Positions 8,778 through 19,226 of a stretch of DNA of 64,000 nucleotides are shown here, piece by piece. This stretch comes from an uncultured Enterobacteriaceae bacterium (lineage in GTDB: Bacteria > Verrucomicrobiota > Verrucomicrobiia > Opitutales > UBA953), in assembly GCA_964510855.1 (NCBI GenBank), contig CAZEDB010000001.1:12220-76219 (forward strand), read 5' to 3'. The translations under genes and the position numbers were made by a program. Positions within the stretch are counted from its first letter, which is position 1. Each line of letters begins with the position of its first letter. The notes beneath the pieces were generated by a model that was not told the origin of the DNA, did not search any database, and saw only the letters and a program-made list of their open reading frames with translations.

Positions 8778-10033
8778 GGACCTGAAGCTAGGCGATCCTG
8801 CAAAGTGGCATCGGGCAACTCACCCTCGAGGCGGGCTAAGACTTCACCCGCTAAATAAAGCGATCCAACCACAACCACAACCTCACCAGGTGCAACGCAT
8901 CGACCTTTGGCAGGAAACAGCTTGGCAACGCTCGAAGTCTCCACGGGACAGCTTACCTTAGGGGTGAGTTGCAAAAGACGCGCTGCCGGGGTGGCCCTTT
9001 CAGTTGCAGGCTCAACCAAGATAAGGTGTCCGGCATGACGGGCGACAACCTCGAGCAAGGGGGCGGCCCGAGTATCTCCCGTGGCACCAACCATAATTGT
9101 CGGGCAACTGAGCTTCGCTAACTGACGGTCAAGGTAACGTGCGCCTTCCTCATTATGGGCAGCATCGATAATTAAGGTCCGTCCGTCCGTAAGTGTCACT
9201 CGCTGCCAACGCGCAGGCCAATCGACTTTCAGCAAAGCCGCCTGTGCTTTTTTAAGATCAATGGGCAAGGTTGCGCTTGCTAGGGTACACAAATCCAAAG
9301 CTACGCCCGCATTCACCTGCTGATACTCACCTTCGAGATTAGTCACTAAACGTTGTGAGAAACCTTGGAGAGGAGCGTTGATAGACCGTGCCCGTGTAGC
9401 GATGACTTGGTAAGCCTCAGACGGAAGGTCGCCTAGGACACAGGGTACGCCGGACTTAAGGATACCTGCCTTCTCGCCTGCAATGGCTGCCAAAGTGTCT
9501 CCAAGATATTCTTGGTGGTCGAGTCCGATGCTGGTAATCGCCGTCGCTAGAGGATGACACGCGGTAGTGGCATCGAGCCGTCCGCCCAGACCGGTTTCTA
9601 AAACAATCACATCACAGGCTTGCTCGCGAAACTCTAGCCAAGCAATGGCGGTCATGAGTTCAAAGAACGTGGGCGCAAGATCGGGTGTCTCAACTACGAT
9701 AGTATGGTAAATCGGACGGAGTTGTTCCACGTACGCTAGCAACCTCGGGGTCGGTAACGGCACCCCGTCGACCTTAATGCGCTCACCGACGCGTACTAAA
9801 TGGGGGCTAGTGTAGAGCCCGGTCTTTCTGCCATGCGCCCTTTGAATCGCAGCGACCATAGCGCAGGTGGAACCTTTGCCATTGGTTCCTGCGACGTGAA
9901 AGGTGGGTGTACGCCGCAACCAAGTATCAAGGTCGAGTCGCCGCACTAACTCATGCATCCGGTCTAAGCCCAAGCGTGAGCCGCCGGCACGCAAGCCCAC
10001 GAGCCAGGCGAGCGTGTCTGAGGCGTCAGGCAT
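8774..10033 (-). CDS. folC: Bifunctional folylpolyglutamate synthase / dihydrofolate synthase
   Basis: P-loop HVAGTNGKGST and a Mur-ligase-type layout. There is a 4-nt overlap with the downstream rluA-family gene. Confidence 0.9.
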   Translation of the reverse strand: MPDASDTLAWLVGLRAGGSRLGLDRMHELVRRLDLDTWLRRTPTFHVAGTNGKGSTCAMVAAIQRAHGRKTGLYTSPHLVRVGERIKVDGVPLPTPRLLAYVEQLRPIYHTIVVETPDLAPTFFELMTAIAWLEFREQACDVIVLETGLGGRLDATTACHPLATAITSIGLDHQEYLGDTLAAIAGEKAGILKSGVPCVLGDLPSEAYQVIATRARSINAPLQGFSQRLVTNLEGEYQQVNAGVALDLCTLASATLPIDLKKAQAALLKVDWPARWQRVTLTDGRTLIIDAAHNEEGARYLDRQLAKLSCPTIMVGATGDTRAAPLLEVVARHAGHLILVEPATERATPAARLLQLTPKVSCPVETSSVAKLFPAKGRCVAPGEVVVVVGSLYLAGEVLARLEGELPDATLQDRLASGP

Positions 10034-10037
10034 TTAC

Positions 10038-10907
10038 TTAGCGTCGACGACGAGTAACCGTGCGGGCCTTGGTGCGCGGACCGAGGGCTCGAAGAATTTT
10101 CGCTAAACGACTCTTCATTTCTTTGCGGGGAATAATGCAGTCGATGAGCCCGCGCTTAACTAGGAACTCAGAGGTTTGGAAACCTTCAGGTAAATCTTGA
10201 TTGGTGGTTTCTTTAATGACACGTGCGCCGGCAAATCCAATCAGGGCTTCAGGTTCGGCGACAATCAAATCACCCAAGGTGGCATAGCTTGCCATCACGC
10301 CTGCCATTGTAGGGTTAGTTAAGACCGCAATGTAAGGCAGACCTGCAGCACGTAACTTAGCTAAGGCCGCGCTGGTCTTGGCCATTTGCATTAGGGAAAG
10401 AATGCCTTCTTGCATCCGGGCACCGCCAGACGCGCAAACCACGATACAGGCTCGGCGTTCTTTGATAGCCCGCTCAATGGCGCGCGTAACTTTTTCTCCC
10501 GCGACTGAGCCCATCGAGGCTCCCATAAAAGCGAAGTCCATCACGGCTAATGAGACGGGGATACCTTCCAGCAAACCCGTACCCGAAATCACTGAATCCC
10601 GCAGGCCAGATTTCTTTTGGTGCTGGGCAAGGCGCTCAGGATAAGAACCCCCGGCAGTGAACTTGAGGGGATCTTTAGAAACCAGCCGGGCGTCCGTCTC
10701 GCGCCAGGTACCTTCGTCGATCAAAAGCTTAACGCGTCGGGCCGCGGGCAGACGATCATGATACCCGCTAGGGAATACATTCCAATTCGCCTCGAGGTCG
10801 CTCGAAAAAACCATTTCGCCCGTACCTGGGCACTTAGTCCAAAGACCTGCGGCAATATCGCGCTTCTTAGGGGAAGGGGCGTGGCTACGTTTATTAAATA
10901 CAGGCAT
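10038..10907 (-). CDS. accD: Acetyl-CoA carboxylase carboxyltransferase beta subunit
   Basis: Collinear with E. coli AccD (LWTKC.., carboxyltransferase core GGARMQEG). The N-terminal zinc-ribbon cysteines are mostly absent (see findings). Confidence 0.9.
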   Translation of the reverse strand: MPVFNKRSHAPSPKKRDIAAGLWTKCPGTGEMVFSSDLEANWNVFPSGYHDRLPAARRVKLLIDEGTWRETDARLVSKDPLKFTAGGSYPERLAQHQKKSGLRDSVISGTGLLEGIPVSLAVMDFAFMGASMGSVAGEKVTRAIERAIKERRACIVVCASGGARMQEGILSLMQMAKTSAALAKLRAAGLPYIAVLTNPTMAGVMASYATLGDLIVAEPEALIGFAGARVIKETTNQDLPEGFQTSEFLVKRGLIDCIIPRKEMKSRLAKILRALGPRTKARTVTRRRR

Positions 10908-11012
10908 GGACTTTGGGGTTAGGCGAGAGGGACTGGGATTATCAATAAGGAAAGTCTGAAAGAAGGGAAGCGGGATGAAGGTGAGCTCAGGGATAAACCT
11001 AAAGGGGCGGTT

Positions 11013-12395
11013 TTATTTTTCTTTAGACGTTAGTGCGAGCCGCTCGAGGAGTTGCTCGTAAGCCTTCATGGCTCGTTCGGCCATTTGTAATTCAAGGTTT
11101 TCGTTGGGTGCGTGAAGGCGTGAGTCGGGGGTGAAAAGCCCGATCATCACGGAATCAAGTCCCGTCTCACGGCGAATGTCACCAATGATAGGGACGCTAC
11201 CCCCTTCGCGAAGGTAGAGAGGGGGGCGACCAAAAGCTTGGGTAATAGCAACCTCTGCTTCAGCAAAAGCACGCGCGAGCAAGGGGTTTTGTCCAGTGGG
11301 CGTATTGGGCCGACCTGGAGGGCAAACAAAGTAAGCTCCACTACTCTGCCGAGAAACACATTCACAACGAATACCCTTAGGCACGCGGGCACGAATCGCG
11401 GCCTCAACACGTCGCAGCGTCGCATCGGCATCCATCCCAGGTACGAGTCGGCAGGTAATTTTGGCAAAAGCCTTACTGGGGATGACGGTCTTAGAGCCTT
11501 CGCCTTGGTAACCTCCGCCAATACCATTAAATTCTAAAGTCGGCGCAAAGCGTGTCGCTTCCGCACCCGTAAGGCCTGGTGCAGGATGTAAGGCCTCAAC
11601 CTTAAGACGCTGGGCATAAGCCGCATCGCTTAAGCCTAATTGACGTAACTGCTCCCGCTCCCAATCGGCAGGCAACTCAACGCCTTGATAAAAACCTTCT
11701 ACATTCACGGTATTATCAGGGAGGTGTAATGAGGCGCAGATTTCTGCAAGAGCTTGAATGGGGTTATACACCGCACCGCCATCTAATCCGGAATGTAAAT
11801 CTCCTTTGGGACCCGTAAGCGTGACCTCGAGACCCACAATGCCGCGCAGTCCCGTGGTGATGACAATTTGATCAGACGAGGGACTCGCCGTGTCGGAAAG
11901 AATAACACAGCCAGCCTCAGATAACTCCGCTTTATGTGCTGCCAAAAACTCCGGGAACGAAGGTGACCCAATTTCTTCTTCGCCTTCGACCAAAAAGGTG
12001 ATGCGCAAAGGTAGCTCGGGACGACGTTTCAATAAACGCGCCAGCGCGACGAGAGCGACCAAGTGCGGACCTTTGTTATCTGCAGTGCCTCGGCCCCAAA
12101 TTCGCCCTTCGCGCACCTCGGGCTCGAAGGCTGGAGTCGTCCATAAATTCAAGGGATCGGGGGGTTGGACATCATAGTGCCCGTAGATAACCACATGGGG
12201 CCAATGCGCAGGACCCCGACGACGTCCGAGCACAACGGGGTGAAGCGGGGTAGGTACAACTTCGACCTCCAGCCCTGCCGACTTCATCAATCCACAAATG
12301 TGCTCCCGCGCCCCCACCATGCCGGCTTTAAAACTCGAATCAGCCGAGACACTGGGGTGCCGAACATAGGCGAGGAGCTCCTCGGTGAAATTCAT
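11013..12395 (-). CDS. M20-family metallopeptidase (dipeptidase / ArgE-DapE-CPG2 type)
   Basis: Motifs YGHYDVQP, RGTADNKG and EGEEEIGS. Confidence 0.8.
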   Translation of the reverse strand: MNFTEELLAYVRHPSVSADSSFKAGMVGAREHICGLMKSAGLEVEVVPTPLHPVVLGRRRGPAHWPHVVIYGHYDVQPPDPLNLWTTPAFEPEVREGRIWGRGTADNKGPHLVALVALARLLKRRPELPLRITFLVEGEEEIGSPSFPEFLAAHKAELSEAGCVILSDTASPSSDQIVITTGLRGIVGLEVTLTGPKGDLHSGLDGGAVYNPIQALAEICASLHLPDNTVNVEGFYQGVELPADWEREQLRQLGLSDAAYAQRLKVEALHPAPGLTGAEATRFAPTLEFNGIGGGYQGEGSKTVIPSKAFAKITCRLVPGMDADATLRRVEAAIRARVPKGIRCECVSRQSSGAYFVCPPGRPNTPTGQNPLLARAFAEAEVAITQAFGRPPLYLREGGSVPIIGDIRRETGLDSVMIGLFTPDSRLHAPNENLELQMAERAMKAYEQLLERLALTSKEK

Positions 12396-12485
12396 ACCTT
12401 AAGGGTTAGAAAAAAGCCCCACCGGGGCGAGTCAAAGCAAGCAGTCACTATTGAAAAACCTAGGGTTTCCCCCACTTTTCAAGCC

Positions 12486-12725
12486 GTGCTGCCACCTATT
12501 ATCTTAATTCGGGTCATCGTAGGCAGCCTTTTAATCATCACGGGCTTAGTTGGCCTAGTCATCCCCGTCATGCCCGGGGTTCTCTTTATTGCTTTAGGAT
12601 TAAGCATCGGCATCACCTGGCACCCCAAGGGTCTAGCCTTGTGGCGAAGAATAAAAGCCGGGCTCTACCGTTTTGCGGTCAAGGTTTTTGGGCGGCAGAA
12701 AACTAAACCGCCGAGCAACCCTTAG
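12486..12725 (+). CDS. Small two-TM membrane protein (YbaN/PGPGW-like)
   Basis: Only the part of ORF 12165..12725 that does not overlap the M20 gene is plausible. There is a GTG at 12486, and the hydrophobic segment LIITGLVGLVIPVMPGVLFIALGL follows. Confidence 0.3.
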   Translation: MLPPIILIRVIVGSLLIITGLVGLVIPVMPGVLFIALGLSIGITWHPKGLALWRRIKAGLYRFAVKVFGRQKTKPPSNP

Positions 12726-13912
12726 GACGTGAGTTTAATAAAGGTGCGCTTGCCAGCTTGGATAACCAACTCAGCTGAAGGGCGAGCAATGCGGTGACTG
12801 CGATCCGCAACCTTATCGTCACCCACCTTAACCGCCCCCCCTTCGATGAGGCGGATAATTTCTTTCTTAGAAGGGAAGAGGCCGGTCGCGGCAAGGACAT
12901 CGACGACTAAAGCGTCGGTATCAGCCGAGACAAGTGCGCCCCAGGCAAAGGCAGGCATATCGTCGCGCACTAAGCCTTTAGAGAAAACATTTTCAAACTG
13001 TGCCCGTTCATACTGCCCGGCCTCATCGCCGTGGAATTTTGCAGTAAGTGCAGAGGCTAATTGTTTTTTCATCTCCATAGGATGAGCGGCCTGACGGCGC
13101 GCAATATCCGCTTCATCACTCCCCATTAACAAACGCCAGTAGGTCCACATGGTAGCGTCGGGAATCGACATGACTTTTCCGAAAATATCTTTCGCAGAGT
13201 CGTTGAAGGCAATGTAGTTGCCGAGGGACTTAGACATCTTTTGTACGCCATCTAAACCCACCAAAAGCGGCATGGTTAATACCGCCTGAGGGGGCTGACC
13301 CGCAGCTAGCTGCAGATCTCGGCCTACCAACATATTAAACAGCTGATCACTGCCGCCCATTTCTAGATCTGCCCGTACTTCCACAGAGTCATGGCCCTGC
13401 AAAAGCGGGTAAAGAAATTCAACTAAGGAAATAGGCGTACCCTGGGTATGCCGCTTTGAAAAATCGTCTCGGGCTAGCATCTGTTGCACCGTCATGTGAC
13501 GGCAAAGTTGAATCGCCTCTAAGAAGGTCATGCGACCAAACCAATCACCGTTACGCACCACCTCGGTGCGGGCAGAATCAAGAATGCGATACGCTTGCTC
13601 GAGGTAGGTCTTGGCGTTGGCTGAAATTTCTTCTGGGGTAAGAACCGGACGGGTCGAGGAGCGCCCTGTGGGGTCACCTACCCGCGTGGTGAAATCACCA
13701 ATCAATAGCACCGCTTGGTGGCCAAGGTCTTGCAGCTCACGTAATTTATTTAGGCACACCATGTGGCCAAAAGTTAAATCGGGCCGGGTGGGATCGACCC
13801 CAAGTTTAATCCTGAGAGGTTTGCCCGTAGCCAGACAGGCCAACAACGCATCCTCGCCAATGAGGCGTTCGGTGCGTGCCTTGATGGCGGCCAACTGGGC
13901 AACAGGAGTCAT
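12722..13912 (-). CDS. tyrS: Tyrosine--tRNA ligase (Thermus-like type 2)
   Basis: KMSKS motif present, GVDPTRPDL..GH at the HIGH position, and a C-terminal S4-like domain. Collinear with what I recall of Thermus TyrRS. Confidence 0.92.
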   Translation of the reverse strand: MTPVAQLAAIKARTERLIGEDALLACLATGKPLRIKLGVDPTRPDLTFGHMVCLNKLRELQDLGHQAVLLIGDFTTRVGDPTGRSSTRPVLTPEEISANAKTYLEQAYRILDSARTEVVRNGDWFGRMTFLEAIQLCRHMTVQQMLARDDFSKRHTQGTPISLVEFLYPLLQGHDSVEVRADLEMGGSDQLFNMLVGRDLQLAAGQPPQAVLTMPLLVGLDGVQKMSKSLGNYIAFNDSAKDIFGKVMSIPDATMWTYWRLLMGSDEADIARRQAAHPMEMKKQLASALTAKFHGDEAGQYERAQFENVFSKGLVRDDMPAFAWGALVSADTDALVVDVLAATGLFPSKKEIIRLIEGGAVKVGDDKVADRSHRIARPSAELVIQAGKRTFIKLTS

Positions 13913-13962
13913 TCCCTAGACTGTCCACGCAACACCCCGCGGGGAAAAGGCAAAAATCTTAC

Positions 13963-16900
13963 CTAGTCGCGCGCGCTATAGCGGCGCTGCGGCGGCGAAC
14001 TCGGGGGTACGGGTTCAATTTGGACACCGACACAAGCTGGGTGCTTACCTAACTCAGCGTAAATTGCGGGGTCAAAGAGCGTGGTCATACCCCGGGCTGC
14101 ATCCGCCACTAACTGGCGGCCATCAGGCTGTAGGAAGGCCACTGAAACCGCGGTCGGGCCGTCAATTCGGCGAGCAACTTCTGATAATCGGGCAAGGAAG
14201 GCTTCAGCCTCGGGGCCGGGTTTCAGTACGAAGGTTGCCCGTGCTATCAACCCAGCACAGTCGCGTAGCGGCCGTAGGCTGTGTGCCTGCAAGGCCCACT
14301 CCCCGCGCTCTTCGCGATGCACGAGGCGACAATCTAGCGCCACCATGGCACCATCCATGAGCAGGGGTGCATCGCCCTCGCGAAGAGCAGCGGCTTTCTC
14401 ATAAGCCTCAGTAAACATTAAGACCGGCACGGAGCGCCGGCGGTCGGCGACGGTGAAGACGGCCCATGGACGATTATCTTTTTTAGAAAGTTTTTTCTCC
14501 AGACCCCCAATAATGCCACAGATACGAACGATGTGACGTCCATCTTTAGGCAACGTCACTTCAGCTAATGAACCTTTGAAGGTAGCAATGGCTTCATCGA
14601 GACCATGGAAATCCGCCAGCGGGTGACCAGAAAGATACATGCCTAGTAATTCTTTTTCGTTACGCAGACGCTCCAGACGCGGCATGGGCTGGGATTTACG
14701 TAAAATAGGATCTCCGCCCGAAGCGTCGCCAGCTCCCATTAAATCAAACAAGCTACCCTGCCCTGCGGCACGCTCTTTACGCTCCGAAGCATGACGTCGA
14801 CGCACCGACTCAATTGAATCAATCAGGTGTTGCCGGTCGTCTTTAGTATAATCAAGCGCTCCTGAACGCACCAAGCAGTCGAGCGTACGGGCGTTAACCT
14901 CGGTGTCTCCGAGTCGCCCCACTAAATCATCGAGCCCACGGAAAGGCCCACCTTTGGCTCGTTCAGCCACAATGGCATCGGCTGCCATTTGCCCCACGCC
15001 TTTAATTGCGCCTAAACCAAAGCGAATGGCGTTTTCGGCAAATGCGGGCGTAAAGTCGGTATCCGAATGATTCACATCGGGGCCGAGCATACGAATGCCT
15101 AGGGCTTCACACTCAGCAACAAACTCCCCGAGCTTATCTGAATTACCCTGCTCGGAGGTCATCAGAGCCGCCATGAATTCCACGGGGTAATTCGCTTTTA
15201 AGTAACCCGTGCGATAAGATAGCAAGGCGTAGGCGGCAGAGTGAGATTTGTTAAATCCGTATTCGGCAAACTTTTCTAGAGTAGCGAAAATTTCTTCGGC
15301 TTTTTTACGAGGTAAAGCATGCGTACGCTCAGCACCAGCAATGAAGATGGCGCGCTGCTCATCCATTTCCTCTTTAATCTTCTTACCCATAGCGCGGCGG
15401 AGTAAATCGGCGCCGCCGAGCGAATAGCCGGCAATCACCCGGGCCGCCTCCATAACCTGTTCTTGATAAACTAAAATGCCGTAAGTCTCTTTAGCTACAG
15501 GCTCGAGCAAGGGGTGGGCGTAGCGAATGGTAGTTGGATCTTTCTTACCCCGAACATAGTCAGGGATGAATTGCATTGGGCCAGGGCGGTACAGAGCGAT
15601 GAGGGCGACAATTTCGTCGATGCTTGAGATATCGAATTGACGACAAAGCGCCTGCATACCACCCGACTCTAACTGAAAGACGCCAACGGTACGGGCTTCG
15701 TTAAGAAGTTTAAAGGTGGTGGTGTCGGTTAAGGGCAACTTCTCGACATCAAAGTCAGGCAGCTTGCGATGGCGGCGCACCAAGCGTTGGGCGTCATCAA
15801 TCACGGTGAGGGTCTTGAGGCCTAAGAAGTCCATCTTCAGTAGCCCGAGCTTCTCCACTGGATCCTTAGCATACTGAGTGGTGAGGTCACCCTCCTGCAT
15901 AGTTACTGGGATAATTTCGGTGAGCGGCCGGTCCGCGATAATCATCCCGCAGGCATGCTTACCGCTATTACGTACCATGCCCTCAATAACTCTTCCTTGT
16001 TCAAGAATTTCTCGTGCGACGGGATTAATTTCAGCTTCGTGGGCAAGTTCTGCAGATTTTTCGAGGGCATCTTCTAGGCTGATATTCAAGTCATCAGGAA
16101 CGAGTTTAGCTAGGCGATTGGTCTCAGGGAAATCGAGACCGCGAATACGTGCTAAGTCGCGCACCACCATTTTTGCGCCAAAGGTGCCGAAGGTAATAAT
16201 GTTTGCGACCCGATCCTCACCATACTTCTTGCGTACATAGGCCACAACCTCGTCGCGCCGACGCATGCAAAAATCGATATCGAAGTCAGGTGCAGAAACC
16301 CGCTCGGGATTCAGGAAACGCTCGAAGAGGAGACCAAAGCGAATGGGGTCGAGGTCGGTAATCCGCAGGCAGTAGGCAACTAATGAGCCCGCGCCTGAGC
16401 CGCGACCTGGACCGACGGGGATACCTTGGCGACGGGCCCAATCAATAAAGTCCCAGACAATTAAAAAGTAATCGACGAAGCCCGTACCCGCAATCACGCC
16501 GAGTTCAAATTCCACCCGGCGGATTAACTCAGCCGGGCTGATTCCACCTTTAGCAGGGACAGTTTCATCTTGGCGCGCCTTAGCATCATCGAAGTTCACC
16601 CCGTAGCGCTCGAGTAGTCCCTTCCGCACTTCAGCAATCAGCCGTGAGCCAGCTGCGGCCATAGCCTTTCGACGCTCCTTGGAAATAACGGTTTCGGATG
16701 CCTTAGCACCATTGGCAGCTAACTGACGTTTAAGCGCTTCATACCCATCAAGAATGGGCTCAAGCCTAGGCTCAACCCGCGTGCGCTCGGAAACTTCTAG
16801 AGGGTAAACTGGATAGAGGCTTTGTCCGACGGGTAACTGCACGTCGCACATCTCAGCGATGGCAACGGTGTTGGTGAGGGTTTCGGGTGCTTCACTAAAA

Positions 16901-17700
16901 ATGCGCCGCATTTCAGCCTCACCTTTAAGATAAAATTCGCGCGATGCATAACGCAGGCGGCGTTCATCCGACAAGCGGGCGCCCGTTTGAATACAGAGCA
17001 TCGCATCATGGGCCCCATTGTGACCTGAATCGACGTAGTGGACGTCATTTGTTGCCACCGCACGCAGACCAAACTCTTTAGCGAGATCGAGTAAGGGGGC
17101 TAAGATGCTCTTTTGCTCCTCGAGCCCATGATCCATCAGTTCGATGACGAAGTTTTCCTTGCCGAAAATTTCGATAAACTTTCCGCAGGCAGCACGTGCA
17201 CCATCGATATCGCCTCTTAACAAATGCTGTGGAATGACCCCTTGCAAACATCCACTGAAACCAATCAGGCCCTTAGCATGAGCGGCCAGTTTCTCAAGAT
17301 CCGTGCGAGGTTTATAATGCAGACCTCGGGTGTGCGCATCCGAGACTAGGCGCGTTAAATTTTGGTAGCCTTCAAAGGTCTTAGCCAAAACCCCCATGTG
17401 GTAATACTTATGCTCCCGACGATCGGGCTTGTCGGTATTCCGGTGGTCCCAGACGAGGTACAGCTCACAACCCAATAGGGGCTTAATAGGTCGACCACCT
17501 TTTTTCGAAAGGGTCTTGGCTTCGTTCCAAAAATCAAAAAGGCCAAAAAGATTACCGTGGTCAGTAATGGCGACGGCCCGCATCCCCATGTCGCAAGCCT
17601 TAGACATCAGCCGATCAATCCGGCTACAGCCATCGAGCATGCTATAGTCGGTGTGCACGTGGAGGTGCACAAAGTCTGGGCTATTGGGCTTATCAACCAT
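13963..17700 (-). CDS. dnaE: DNA polymerase III alpha subunit
   Basis: 1245 aa. PHP domain [15 protein letters not shown], a polymerase core and a C-terminal OB region. Confidence 0.97.
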   Translation of the reverse strand: MVDKPNSPDFVHLHVHTDYSMLDGCSRIDRLMSKACDMGMRAVAITDHGNLFGLFDFWNEAKTLSKKGGRPIKPLLGCELYLVWDHRNTDKPDRREHKYYHMGVLAKTFEGYQNLTRLVSDAHTRGLHYKPRTDLEKLAAHAKGLIGFSGCLQGVIPQHLLRGDIDGARAACGKFIEIFGKENFVIELMDHGLEEQKSILAPLLDLAKEFGLRAVATNDVHYVDSGHNGAHDAMLCIQTGARLSDERRLRYASREFYLKGEAEMRRIFSEAPETLTNTVAIAEMCDVQLPVGQSLYPVYPLEVSERTRVEPRLEPILDGYEALKRQLAANGAKASETVISKERRKAMAAAGSRLIAEVRKGLLERYGVNFDDAKARQDETVPAKGGISPAELIRRVEFELGVIAGTGFVDYFLIVWDFIDWARRQGIPVGPGRGSGAGSLVAYCLRITDLDPIRFGLLFERFLNPERVSAPDFDIDFCMRRRDEVVAYVRKKYGEDRVANIITFGTFGAKMVVRDLARIRGLDFPETNRLAKLVPDDLNISLEDALEKSAELAHEAEINPVAREILEQGRVIEGMVRNSGKHACGMIIADRPLTEIIPVTMQEGDLTTQYAKDPVEKLGLLKMDFLGLKTLTVIDDAQRLVRRHRKLPDFDVEKLPLTDTTTFKLLNEARTVGVFQLESGGMQALCRQFDISSIDEIVALIALYRPGPMQFIPDYVRGKKDPTTIRYAHPLLEPVAKETYGILVYQEQVMEAARVIAGYSLGGADLLRRAMGKKIKEEMDEQRAIFIAGAERTHALPRKKAEEIFATLEKFAEYGFNKSHSAAYALLSYRTGYLKANYPVEFMAALMTSEQGNSDKLGEFVAECEALGIRMLGPDVNHSDTDFTPAFAENAIRFGLGAIKGVGQMAADAIVAERAKGGPFRGLDDLVGRLGDTEVNARTLDCLVRSGALDYTKDDRQHLIDSIESVRRRHASERKERAAGQGSLFDLMGAGDASGGDPILRKSQPMPRLERLRNEKELLGMYLSGHPLADFHGLDEAIATFKGSLAEVTLPKDGRHIVRICGIIGGLEKKLSKKDNRPWAVFTVADRRRSVPVLMFTEAYEKAAALREGDAPLLMDGAMVALDCRLVHREERGEWALQAHSLRPLRDCAGLIARATFVLKPGPEAEAFLARLSEVARRIDGPTAVSVAFLQPDGRQLVADAARGMTTLFDPAIYAELGKHPACVGVQIEPVPPSSPPQRRYSARD

Positions 17701-18131
17701 CGTAGGTAAAGGTGGCTTGGGCAGACACTAGGGCAAGAGGGAAGGTCTATCTACCAAAGACTGGGCTAAACTACATCAGAGATAGCCCATAGGCAGCAGG
17801 CTTATCATTAGTTTCAGAGGCGAGAAACAGTAACCAGAGATCGGGCTCCCCCAACTGGTTAGTGAACCATCCCAGCCTACCTAGGATAACTAGAAAACAT
17901 AAACTCTATCGGCCCAAAGCTTTTAGAAGCCGTCTTCGTGCTTGGATGTCTAAGAAAAGTAGCGCTAAAGGGCCGAGTTGTTGCAACTGCCATCAAAGTG
18001 CGTAAGGGAGACTAAATAGGCATGGAATCCCACCATCCCAATGACGAAGTAGACGATCTTAAAGGTCACGCTCCAAGGGGCACCGTCGGTTTTAAATTGA
18101 GCCTGCCAGCAAGACGTTTAACTCATTCCGT

Positions 18132-19124
18132 GTGCGTCGAATTCGTCTAGCTTTTAGCGATTTCATTTTTTCCAACAATGCTCGAGATCGCATGGCTGGG
18201 TTTAACCCACATGACAACGTCTTCACGCGTCTACTTAAAAGCCGTTATACCCTAGAAATTGTACCAATGGAGGAGGCCGAGGTGCTCATTTACTCAGCCT
18301 TCGGAGAGGCCCACCAAAGATTTATAGGTAAAAAGATCTTTTATACCTCTGAAAATGTTTTACCTGACTTTAATGAATGCGATTTTGCCGTTACTTTTAG
18401 TCATAGTGATGACCCTAGACACTATCGATTACCACAGTATGTCTTTTATGTCGAAGACCCCCAACAGTTAGTAAAGGGCGCTGACTATCGACCCGAGCAC
18501 GTATTACAGACCAAAGAACACTTTTGTAATTTTGTAGTAAGTAACCCAAGGTGCCCTGAGCGTAACCAATTTTTCCGACTCCTTAATCGAAGGCAACGGG
18601 TTGATTCAGCGGGTCGGCATTTTAACAATATCGGAGGTGTGATTAAGGATAAGATCTCGTTTATAAAGAAGTATAAGTTCACCCTAGCTTTTGAGAACTC
18701 ATCGACCTCCGGCTACACTACTGAAAAATTAGTGGAGCCAATGCTGGCAGGAAGCATCCCGATATATTGGGGAAATCCTGACGTCGGTCGCGATTTCAAC
18801 CCTAAGAGTTTTATAAATGTTTCTGATTTTAGTAATTTTGATGAGGCCATTGATTACATTCTCAAAGTCGATGCCGAGCCTGAGCGTTACCTTGCCTATC
18901 TAAACGAGCCGTGGTTGAATCATAATCAGGTACCTGTATGGTTTAATAAAGAGAATCAGCTAGCCGCATGGATGGGTTTTATTGATGCTTCTTGGGAAAA
19001 GCGCCGCCGAATTTATCAACGCCGGGGTCTGCGTGATCATGTTCGTGGCACGGGACTGGCCCGGCATTTATCGAGCCTTGGCTGCAAACTCGATGGCTTA
19101 GCCTGGAAGTTCGGCTGGCGTTAA
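18132..19124 (+). CDS. GT10-family alpha-1,3/4-fucosyltransferase
   Basis: KYKFTLAFENSSTSGYTTEKLVEPMLAGSIPIYWGNPDVGRDFNPKSFINVSDFSNFDEAIDYI is nearly collinear with the H. pylori FucT segment QYKFNLCFENSQGYGYVTEKI..IPIYWGSPSVAKDFNPKSFVNVHDFNNFDEAIDYI, as I recall that sequence. Confidence 0.85.
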   Translation: MRRIRLAFSDFIFSNNARDRMAGFNPHDNVFTRLLKSRYTLEIVPMEEAEVLIYSAFGEAHQRFIGKKIFYTSENVLPDFNECDFAVTFSHSDDPRHYRLPQYVFYVEDPQQLVKGADYRPEHVLQTKEHFCNFVVSNPRCPERNQFFRLLNRRQRVDSAGRHFNNIGGVIKDKISFIKKYKFTLAFENSSTSGYTTEKLVEPMLAGSIPIYWGNPDVGRDFNPKSFINVSDFSNFDEAIDYILKVDAEPERYLAYLNEPWLNHNQVPVWFNKENQLAAWMGFIDASWEKRRRIYQRRGLRDHVRGTGLARHLSSLGCKLDGLAWKFGWR

Positions 19125-19226
19125 TCCTCAGCTATAAGAGCTTACTTGATGCAAAACATTATCTATTGGCTTACGGTATAAATAGAAAAACCTTAAGGTA
19201 GTCGCAGTAAATGACCGATACGTACG

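Noticed and set aside
12165-12485. N-terminal 107 codons of ORF 12165-12725
   Set aside because: They overlap the 5' region of the M20 peptidase gene on the opposite strand and show no motif. Only the hydrophobic C-terminal part downstream of the GTG at 12486 is plausible.
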